IMG/VR virus record: IMGVR_UViG_3300001199_000027
Coordinates: 1-32,561 of that record
DNA from: a virus
Direction: 5' to 3' (one strand)
Length of the DNA stretch: 32,561 nt
Each line of letters opens with the position of its first letter. The first letter of the stretch is position 1. The notes under the pieces are model-generated. The model searched no databases and was not told the origin of the DNA. It saw only the letters and a list, made by a program, of their open reading frames with translations. Below are positions 1-6,975 of the stretch, one piece after another. The position numbers and the translations under genes were made by a program.

Positions 1-79
1 CCCCGCCGATCGGTCTCTGCGATAGTCTCAAGCTCGAGAACGGCCAGCTTGTCGCTGAAGGCTTTTTTGCCCCTGAAGA
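1..79. repeat. 79-nt terminal overlap, identical to 32483..32561 (closure of a circular or permuted assembly)
   Basis: Base-by-base comparison: ccccgccgatcggtctctgcgatagtctcaagctcgagaacggccagcttgtcgctgaaggcttttttgcccctgaaga occurs at both ends. The overlap lies in frame inside one ORF. Confidence 0.95.
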
Positions 80-1124
80 GGCGAATCCTTTCGCACAGCA
101 GGTCCGCCGCATGTACGATCTCGGTATCATTCGCGCGACCAGCGTCGGCTTCATCCCGCTCGAGTTCGATACGAAGGACTCCCGCCGCATCACGAAGGCA
201 GAGCTCCTCGAGTTCTCATTCGTTCCGATCCCAGCGAATCCCTACGCCCTCTCTCTCGGCGTCATGAAGCAGCACTCCATCGATCGCGAGCTCTTTCTCA
301 CGAAGGGTATAAATATCGAAGTGAAGGAAGAGGAGGCAGCACCAGCCGAGGAAGTCGCGGAGATCGCGCCTGAAGCTGAAGCACCGGCAGTCGAAGAGCC
401 TGCAGCAGAGATCCCAGCCGAAAAGGTGGAGGAGAAGGCCGCTACACCGGCCCTAGGTGATACCTGCAGCCTTCCAGACGGCACTGACGGCGTTCTAGCC
501 GTAGATCAGGGCGGAGACGACACATCGCTCGTATGCGTCCCTGTAGAGCAGGTAGCAGCCGCAGAGGTGGAGGATCAGAAGGGCGCTATCGCTGACGAGC
601 TCTCGAAGGATGAGCTGATCGAGGAGAAGTGGATGAAGCTGGACGAGTTCTTCGAGATCATCTATGCCTTCGTCGATGTTTACATGAAACCAGAGACCGC
701 GGTCACGGACTACGATACCCTCGTCGCCGAGCTCGCAGGTCTCCTCACTTCCGCACCTTCCTCCGAAGATGAAGAGAAGAGCATCAGCAAAATGATGGCG
801 GATCGCAAGGCGAAGGGCCTCAAGGCCGGCCGTACGATCTCGACCGCGACATCGAAGAAGCTGACGGCACTCGCTGAATCTCTGAAGGAGATCCAGGGCG
901 TGCACCTCGAAGGCGTTATTTCTGCCCTAGGAGAGCTCACGAGCTCGTCCGACGGTGGGAATGCCGAGACAGAGGAAGATGTCAAAGCGATCGCGGAAGA
1001 GATCCCCGCAGTGTCCGAGGTCAATGACTTCGTATTCGCTCGCACGATCCTACGTGAAATTGATAAATCGGTAGAAGCAGCGCTCGCAGGCTTCAACGCT
1101 CGCGCAGCACGTTCTACCACGTAA
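1..1124 (+). CDS. Prohead (capsid maturation) protease, HK97/S78-like, fused to an acidic linker and a helical scaffold-like C-terminal region. This is the 3' part of the gene starting at 32230.
   Basis: The frame continues from 32230 through the overlap (position 1 is codon position 2). ...PPIGLCDSLKLENGQLVAEGFF...GIIRATSVGFIPLEF...FSFVPIPANPYA is typical of HK97-family prohead proteases. An E/A/P-rich linker and a helical tail follow. The gene sits directly upstream of the capsid gene. Confidence 0.85.
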   Translation, partial: PPIGLCDSLKLENGQLVAEGFFAPEEANPFAQQVRRMYDLGIIRATSVGFIPLEFDTKDSRRITKAELLEFSFVPIPANPYALSLGVMKQHSIDRELFLTKGINIEVKEEEAAPAEEVAEIAPEAEAPAVEEPAAEIPAEKVEEKAATPALGDTCSLPDGTDGVLAVDQGGDDTSLVCVPVEQVAAAEVEDQKGAIADELSKDELIEEKWMKLDEFFEIIYAFVDVYMKPETAVTDYDTLVAELAGLLTSAPSSEDEEKSISKMMADRKAKGLKAGRTISTATSKKLTALAESLKEIQGVHLEGVISALGELTSSSDGGNAETEEDVKAIAEEIPAVSEVNDFVFARTILREIDKSVEAALAGFNARAARSTT

Positions 1125-1135
1125 ACCTCACCAAT

Positions 1136-2323
1136 ATGGATGAATCCAAAATCAAAGAAGCCGTGATGGGCGCCTTTGATGAGGCAATGCAGAAGAAGCT
1201 CGAGCCGATGATCGGTGTGATCGCAGCAGAGAAGGCCCGCGAGGTCGTCTCCACGCTCGCATCACAGCGCGCGGCATTCGGAAAGGACGTCACACTCCTC
1301 TCCGATACAGCTAAGAAGGATTTCGTGAATGTTGCTCGCGCAGCAGCCGGATCCTTCACTGATCTCGACGTAAAGGCCAACGAGGCCCTTATCGAAGAGC
1401 AGGATAATCGCGGCGGCTTCCTCGTCTCTCATGACGTAGCATCCGCGATCCTTCGTATCGCAGCATCAGTCGGCACCATCATGAGCCAGGCTATGAAGTG
1501 GCCTATGACCACTGACGAGCTCGGCATTCCGAACTATACGGGAGCGTTCCTTACAGGCGCGTACCTCGGCGTAGACGTCGCGGGTACCGTTCAGGGCCTC
1601 ACGTTCGGACAGGCAGTGCTCATCGCAAAGAAGTGGCAGCTCGCGTTCACCGTCGGCAACGACCTGCTCGCAGATGCCTCGGTCAACCTCGCAGACTGGC
1701 TCCTGGCTATCGCCGGAGAGTCGCTCGCGAACATGATCGACCAGCAGGGCTTCATCGGTACTGGCGCTCCGTTCCAGGGTATTCTCACGAATCCTAACGT
1801 CACCAGCTACGTGCTTCCGGCAGCTACGACTTACGCAGGTTTCCTCGTCATGGACGACTCGTCCCAGATGATCGGAAACCTCGAGGAGTCGGTGCTCGAC
1901 GGCGCAGCGTTCTACATGCACCGCTCGGTGTGGGCTTCCATCCGCGTCCAGAAGGACACGGCTGGAAACTACATCCTGCCGTACGCAGGACTCGCGCAGC
2001 CAAGCCCAACGCTGACGATGGAAGGTACTGGCGGTCCTATCCGTCCAGCAGGTTCCATCCTCGGATTCCCGGTCTTCACGAACCGCTGGCTCCCAGCGAC
2101 TTCGGTCGGATCGCAGGCCGCTACTCCGTTCCTCATCTTCGGCAACATGAAGGCAGTCGCCTTCGGAGATAAGGGCGAGATGCGCGTTTCGCAGTTCGAG
2201 TCCGGCGCGTTCGGCGGAAAGGAAATCGCTCTCGCAGATCAGCGTGGCATCGTGTACAAGCACCGCCATGCTCTCGTGACAGCGCTTCCTGCAGCCTTCG
2301 TGGTTGCATCGACGCACGCATAG
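1136..2323 (+). CDS. Major capsid protein, HK97 fold
   Basis: 395-aa ORF immediately after the protease. It has a helical N-terminal delta-like segment followed by a capsid-like core (NYILPYAGL, GFPVFTNRWLP, LIFGNMKAVAFGD). The protease-then-capsid order is canonical. Confidence 0.85.
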   Translation: MDESKIKEAVMGAFDEAMQKKLEPMIGVIAAEKAREVVSTLASQRAAFGKDVTLLSDTAKKDFVNVARAAAGSFTDLDVKANEALIEEQDNRGGFLVSHDVASAILRIAASVGTIMSQAMKWPMTTDELGIPNYTGAFLTGAYLGVDVAGTVQGLTFGQAVLIAKKWQLAFTVGNDLLADASVNLADWLLAIAGESLANMIDQQGFIGTGAPFQGILTNPNVTSYVLPAATTYAGFLVMDDSSQMIGNLEESVLDGAAFYMHRSVWASIRVQKDTAGNYILPYAGLAQPSPTLTMEGTGGPIRPAGSILGFPVFTNRWLPATSVGSQAATPFLIFGNMKAVAFGDKGEMRVSQFESGAFGGKEIALADQRGIVYKHRHALVTALPAAFVVASTHA

Positions 2324-2414
2324 CCCTCGCGGCTCCTTTGTGGGGACCTTCCTATTCCCCACGGGAGGATCTACGAGATCCGGTCGACCATTACCAGATA
2401 GTTTGAAAACCGAT

Positions 2415-2756
2415 ATGAGCGATCTTAAGGAATATCGAACAGTGCGCCCTATCGCGCTCGGAGGCCGAATCGAAGCTGGCACCGTCATTGAAATGACGGA
2501 CGAGCAGGCAGAGCGCTATATCGCCAGCGGAGACGTTCGTCTCGTTGGCGATGAAGGCTCGGAGGAGGTTGTAGAGACCACCGAAGAGACGACGACCACA
2601 GATGAAACCGTGACGACTCCTGAAGAGGGGACGACCACGGAAGAGACTGCAGTCGTCGAAGCTGGTGCAGACACAACCGAGGGCGGATCCGAAGTGGTAG
2701 AGACCACCGAAGAGACGACCACGGACGCGCCTGCAGCAGAAGAGGTATCAGCATAG
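2415..2756 (+). CDS. Hypothetical head-module protein with a Thr/Glu-rich acidic tail
   Basis: ATG at 2415, in frame with track ORF 2304..2756, whose upstream part covers hairpins. Starts MSDLKEYRTVRPIAL.... The C-terminal half is T/E-rich with an internal duplication (VVETTEETTT twice). Confidence 0.6.
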   Translation: MSDLKEYRTVRPIALGGRIEAGTVIEMTDEQAERYIASGDVRLVGDEGSEEVVETTEETTTTDETVTTPEEGTTTEETAVVEAGADTTEGGSEVVETTEETTTDAPAAEEVSA

Positions 2757-2869
2757 TCCGAAGGGAATACCTCACCCACCGCGCTGATCATTCGTCCGTC
2801 CGGGCGAGCCAATAGGTCGGATCAGCGAGGCGCCTGACAAGGCATAGGATCAACAATTCAAACACATAT

Positions 2870-3316
2870 ATGCGTTCAATTTACGACAACGTATCGCTAG
2901 CACAGTCGCTCATTCCGCAGTCCGTGACTGGAGCCTCCGCTGTAAACGGCACTGCCGTCGACACGAAGGGATTCAACACCGCTATGCTCTCGGCATATGC
3001 AGGACTCACGTCGAGCAACCCATCGGTAGCGAACATGGTGTACAAGCTCCAGGAGTCCGATACTTCCGGCGGCACGTACACTGATGCGCTCGACAACACC
3101 GGCACGGTGATCGGCGGAACTATTGCAGTAAACGCTGCAGCAGGTTCGCTCGTTCGCCGCATCGAGGGTCTCGGTCTGAACCGCAAGCGTTTCCTCCGTG
3201 TAGTGATCACCCCGGCTTTCACCGGCGGTACCTCTCCGGCGGTTCTGCTTGACGGACAGATCGTCCTCGGCCGTGCGTATCAGCTTCCGACGAACACTGG
3301 CGTTAGCAACACCTAG
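2870..3316 (+). CDS. Hypothetical virion protein, possibly a head decoration or accessory capsid protein
   Basis: 148-aa ORF between the capsid and connector genes. Composition is beta-rich (Gly/Thr/Ala/Val). It is preceded by TAGGAT and followed by a strong hairpin. Function is inferred from position only. Confidence 0.55.
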   Translation: MRSIYDNVSLAQSLIPQSVTGASAVNGTAVDTKGFNTAMLSAYAGLTSSNPSVANMVYKLQESDTSGGTYTDALDNTGTVIGGTIAVNAAAGSLVRRIEGLGLNRKRFLRVVITPAFTGGTSPAVLLDGQIVLGRAYQLPTNTGVSNT

Positions 3317-3420
3317 CTTCGGCTGGGACGTTGTGCTCTCGCAGGCGCGTCCTGAAACTCCGTTTCGGGACGCGACGCGAGGGAGGGAATATCTACCCAC
3401 CTTCACGAACATACCTACCC

Positions 3421-4095
3421 ATGGCAACATCCACCGAAAAAGTCTATCCATACGCCCTCACGACCCTCACCCGCGTGAAGGAGCGTCTTGGTAAACCGCT
3501 ATCGGAAGATGCCTTCGATGCGGTCCTCACACGCATGATCAATGCGGCGACGGACTATATTCAGCAGAAGTGCGGCGGCAGGCAGTTCGCGAAGACCGTA
3601 TGGCTGAATGAGGTATACACGCCCGAGCGCGGCGCCCGTATCCTCAACCTGCGCAATTTTCCGATCATCTCCGTAGAATCGTTCCAGTACCGCGCCGGTC
3701 CTAACAGCGCGCCATCCTGGACCAGCTTCCTCGTCGACGAATACGATATCCTCAACCCGCGCCCGATCCCTGGGCAGCCGGGTACGCTTTGGTATCCAGA
3801 CGGGCAGCTTCAGCTCTACGGAGGACTCCCGAGCATGTACGGGAATACCGTCCGCGTCTCCTATACGGCCGGCTACGCGATCGACTGGCCGAATGCAGGC
3901 AATGGCACCACGCACCTGCTTCCCGCTGATCTGACGGACGTATGCGAGAACATCGTGATCCGCCGATTTAAGCGCCGCGAGCTCGCCGGCAAGCAGAGCG
4001 AGGGACTCGATAATGCAAGCACCTCATGGCGCAACGCGATCGACCAGGAGGACCAGGAAGTGATCGATAGCTACGCTCTGGTGCCCATCTTCTAG
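3421..4095 (+). CDS. Head-tail connector/adaptor (gp6-like, Phage_connect_1-type)
   Basis: The N-terminus LTTLTRVKERLGKPLSEDAFDAVLTRMINAATDYIQQKCGG and the C-terminal YTAGYAIDW...LPADLTDVCENIVIRRFKRRE match the gp6-like connector pattern. ATG 3421 was chosen over the TTG at 3331, which would run through a hairpin. Confidence 0.7.
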   Translation: MATSTEKVYPYALTTLTRVKERLGKPLSEDAFDAVLTRMINAATDYIQQKCGGRQFAKTVWLNEVYTPERGARILNLRNFPIISVESFQYRAGPNSAPSWTSFLVDEYDILNPRPIPGQPGTLWYPDGQLQLYGGLPSMYGNTVRVSYTAGYAIDWPNAGNGTTHLLPADLTDVCENIVIRRFKRRELAGKQSEGLDNASTSWRNAIDQEDQEVIDSYALVPIF

Positions 4096-4098
4096 CCT

Positions 4099-4572
4099 AT
4101 GGCAGATTCTCCTTTCGACATTAAGATCGATGGAGCGCGCCAGATGATCAGTGCGTTCGATAAGGCCCCGGACATCGTTCAGCCGATCATGCAGCGAGCG
4201 ATCGTCGGCGGCACTGCACTCCTCGCGAAGCACACCACTGTGCGCGAGGTTCCTTTTCATACCACCAACCTCCTGCACTCATTCCGCCAGGAGATCAACC
4301 CGTTGATGAGCCGATGGTTTCCTACCGCGAAGTATGCGGAGGCCGTGCAGTTTGGCACGAAAGCGCACTTCCCGCCGTATAAAGATGCAGGCTTCCAGAA
4401 GTGGGCGAACGATCACGGCATCAATGCGTTTGTGCTCGCTCGATCGATATCCCGCAAGGGAACCAAGGCGAACCCGTACATGGAGCGTATACTAAAGGCA
4501 TCGAAGACCGAGATCGGCGATCTCTTCGAGAAGGCACTCGCAAAGGTGACTGCCGCACTCGCCACTACCTAA
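4099..4572 (+). CDS. HK97 gp10-like head-tail joining / tail completion protein
   Basis: 157 aa. ...FDKAPDIVQPIMQRAIVGGTALLAKHTTVREVPFHTTNLLHSF...KYAEAVQFGT resembles the HK97-gp10 family. It sits after the connector. Confidence 0.65.
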   Translation: MADSPFDIKIDGARQMISAFDKAPDIVQPIMQRAIVGGTALLAKHTTVREVPFHTTNLLHSFRQEINPLMSRWFPTAKYAEAVQFGTKAHFPPYKDAGFQKWANDHGINAFVLARSISRKGTKANPYMERILKASKTEIGDLFEKALAKVTAALATT

Positions 4573-4579
4573 CCCCTCT

Positions 4580-5029
4580 ATGTCACGCCTCTCCGGTCCG
4601 ATCAAAGATGAGATCATCACCATCCTGCAAGAGCTGAAGGACGCCGATATAATCGGTGCATACCTCGCTGACGATCTCTCGCCGAATCCGCTCTCGATGG
4701 ATTTCCCCGGCTATCCCTGCATCGTCCTGGGCATGTGCTCGCAGGAGTCCGGATACGAAACGAACCAGCAGAACATGCGCACGTATGAGTATCCGCTCCT
4801 GATCGTCGCGCGTCCGGATAGCTATAAAAACGATCCGAAGGGATTCGAGAACTTCATCGACGACATCTCTGATGCCTTCGATAATAAGTTCGATCTGAAT
4901 GGAAAAGCGAACGGAGGCGTGGATGCGACCTTCACTCGGCCGGCCCCTATCAACAGCTCCGACAACACGTACCTCGTCACCTTTGCTATCATTAGAGCAA
5001 GGGCCGTCGTGGACCTAACCCTCAACTAA
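4580..5029 (+). CDS. Putative neck / tail-terminator-like protein
   Basis: 149-aa ORF between the gp10-like gene and the major tail protein. Assignment is by position only. Confidence 0.45.
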   Translation: MSRLSGPIKDEIITILQELKDADIIGAYLADDLSPNPLSMDFPGYPCIVLGMCSQESGYETNQQNMRTYEYPLLIVARPDSYKNDPKGFENFIDDISDAFDNKFDLNGKANGGVDATFTRPAPINSSDNTYLVTFAIIRARAVVDLTLN

Positions 5030-5035
5030 AACTCT

Positions 5036-5248
5036 ATGATCGAATCCGCAAGAAATAAGGATATGGGCGCACCGAAGAGCGAATACTTTTTCGCTGGATC
5101 GACGCAGTACCTACCGATCACGATCACTGCAGCGTCTCTCGCTGAAGCGACCGAGGAGTGGAAGAAGGTGCGGGTTTCATGCGACCAGGACTCCACCGAA
5201 GCACCTACGGCCGAGGAGAAGCCGCAGATTATAACCGAAGATATTTAA
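5036..5248 (+). CDS. Hypothetical small protein
   Basis: 70-aa ORF filling the gap before the major tail gene, on the same strand and tightly packed. Confidence 0.5.
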   Translation: MIESARNKDMGAPKSEYFFAGSTQYLPITITAASLAEATEEWKKVRVSCDQDSTEAPTAEEKPQIITEDI

Positions 5249-5257
5249 TACCCACTT

Positions 5258-6442
5258 ATGGCTAAAGGAATAGGACGCCTCGTGCAGATCGGAATCGCGA
5301 AGGAAACGACCCGCGGCACTACGCCAGCGTCTCCGACGTACTGGATCCCATTCATGGATGGCTCCGAGATCACGGAGAAGTTCGATAACGTACGCAACGA
5401 AGCCGTATACGGCGTGATCGAGGATAACGTCGGCCAGGAGCGCATCAAGAACTGGGCCGAGGCAACGCTCACCGGCAACGTCTCCGATGTGATCTTCCCG
5501 ATCCTCCTCCTTTCGCTCTTCGGTACCGATACTCCGGTCGGACCTACGGACAGCACGTACACGCACACCATGACGGTGCAGCAGGGCGCGCAGCACCAGT
5601 CCCTCTCCCTTTACCGCCACGATCCCGTGAGCGGCGTCGATCGTTCCTACGCTAACGCGGTAGTCGCGAAGCTGGATCTCGATTTCGTCCTCGGCAAGTT
5701 CATCACATACACCGCGACTCTCATGGCGCAGCAGGGCGCAGTACAGTCTTCGTACACTCCGGCGAACACCACGGAGAACCGCTTCCTCCCGCAGAACTTC
5801 GCATTCAAGACTGCACCGACGATCGCAGGTGCTCTCGGTACGCTCACTGCTACCGGAACCGCAGCGACGACCGTGAACGTGACTGCACTCTCTATCAGCA
5901 CCACGCTCATACGCGTCGGTATGACCGTCACCGGAACGAACGTACCAGTCGGTGCAACCGTTGCCGCTATCGTGAGTGCATCCGCATTCACGCTCTCTGC
6001 AGCCACTACTGGCGCAATGGGTACGATCACCTTCGGTCCGCTCGTACTTCCAGTGATCAGTGCAAAGCTCTCTATCGATGCAGGTAGCGATGCGTACCAG
6101 CCACTCGGTACTGTCACCCCTTCAGATTTCTTCAATAAGGAGTTTAAGGCGACTGGCGAGCTCGAGCTCCTCTGGCAGAACGAGACAGATATGAAGAATG
6201 GCGTCCTCGCGAACCTCTCACCAGCGATCCTGATGGAACTCGTGAACACGAATGCCGTCCTCGGCGCAGCGACGAACCCGAGTCTCAAGTTCCAGCTCCC
6301 AGACGTATACTTCACCGAGCTCGGCCAGCCGATCAAGGTAAAGGATATGCTCTCGCAGACGGTGAAGTTCGAGGCAGCATTCTCCCTCACCGACTCATTT
6401 ATGATCAAGGCTATCGCGGTCAACACCGTCGCAGCCTACTAA
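5258..6442 (+). CDS. Major tail (tube) protein with an inserted or C-terminal Ig-like segment
   Basis: 394 aa. The N-terminus GRLVQIGIAKETTRGTTPASPTYWIPFMDGS is typical of siphovirus major tail proteins. The chaperone pair and tape measure follow directly, and there is no sheath/tube pair. Confidence 0.7.
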   Translation: MAKGIGRLVQIGIAKETTRGTTPASPTYWIPFMDGSEITEKFDNVRNEAVYGVIEDNVGQERIKNWAEATLTGNVSDVIFPILLLSLFGTDTPVGPTDSTYTHTMTVQQGAQHQSLSLYRHDPVSGVDRSYANAVVAKLDLDFVLGKFITYTATLMAQQGAVQSSYTPANTTENRFLPQNFAFKTAPTIAGALGTLTATGTAATTVNVTALSISTTLIRVGMTVTGTNVPVGATVAAIVSASAFTLSAATTGAMGTITFGPLVLPVISAKLSIDAGSDAYQPLGTVTPSDFFNKEFKATGELELLWQNETDMKNGVLANLSPAILMELVNTNAVLGAATNPSLKFQLPDVYFTELGQPIKVKDMLSQTVKFEAAFSLTDSFMIKAIAVNTVAAY

Positions 6443-6455
6443 CCTATAATCGAAT

Positions 6456-6785
6456 ATGGAACGAGAGACCAAGAGCTTCGAGACGCCGGGCGGTCGCACG
6501 ATCGTCGTAAAGTCCTATCTCACCGGCCGCGAATCCGATGCGATCAAGAACGTACTCCTTAGCCAGATCAAGATGAGCATGGAGGATATGGCAGGCGGCA
6601 CGCCTTCCATCGATCAGATCCCTGCATCGTTCATCACGGACCAGGAGAATAAGACCGTCGAGATGATGCTCGTCTCCATCGATGGCACCTCGGAGAATGT
6701 CTTCGACGCATACCAGGATCTCCCGGAGAATGAGTGCGCTTTCATCAGCGACGAGATCAAGAAGATCCGAACCCCTTTAGCGTAG
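6456..6785 (+). CDS. Tail assembly chaperone (G-like, zero-frame product)
   Basis: 109-aa acidic ORF between the major tail and tape measure genes. It ends two codons after a slippery heptamer. Confidence 0.75.
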   Translation: MERETKSFETPGGRTIVVKSYLTGRESDAIKNVLLSQIKMSMEDMAGGTPSIDQIPASFITDQENKTVEMMLVSIDGTSENVFDAYQDLPENECAFISDEIKKIRTPLA

Positions 6786-6973
6786 GAGAACTAGCGACGG
6801 CATGGCGCCGCTATTTCTCGCACGGCAGTCTCGAATACCATGACCAACTGATCGCGCTCATCTGCCGCGAGATGAAATGGACATATGGGGAGTACCTCGA
6901 TCAGCCCGAGGGTTTTGTTGCTACACTTATAGAGATGATGAAGGCCGAAGCTGCTCACTCGAATAAACGATAG
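6456..6973 (+). CDS. Tail assembly chaperone GT-like fusion, made by a -1 programmed frameshift at 6773..6779 (predicted 172 aa)
   Basis: The zero-frame codons C CCT TTA fit X XXY YYZ. The -1 frame is open from there to TAG 6971..6973 (PFSVGELATAWRRYFSHG...). The tape measure ATG is at 6976. Confidence 0.7.
6773..6779 (+). promoter_or_regulatory. Slippery heptamer CCCTTTA for -1 ribosomal frameshifting
   Basis: The heptamer is correctly phased with the chaperone frame. Stop codon TAG lies at 6783..6785. Confidence 0.7.
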
Positions 6974-6975
6974 CC

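Noticed and set aside
1-79. Terminal repeat as a biological direct terminal repeat or cos end
   Set aside because: The repeat falls in frame within the protease ORF, far from the terminase genes, and is exact. This fits an assembly overlap of a circular or permuted genome better.
2304-2414. N-terminal extensions offered by the ORF track (2304 for the 2415 gene, TTG 3331 for the connector, 21614 for the 21701 gene, 12090 for the 12120 gene, 18996 for the 19056 gene, 19670 for the 19751 gene)
   Set aside because: The extensions run through hairpins or structured non-coding DNA, or overlap upstream genes extensively. In-frame ATGs sit at typical junctions (ATGA or CCTATG) just after the upstream stop.
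1466-2488. 340-aa minus-strand ORF
   Set aside because: It is antisense to the major capsid gene, with no recognisable domains and a composition typical of a frame shadow.
6734-6973. 79-aa ORF treated as an independent gene
   Set aside because: It overlaps the end of the chaperone gene in the -1 frame and has no start context. It is entered exactly at a phased CCCTTTA heptamer, so it is better explained as the T part of a G/GT frameshift product.
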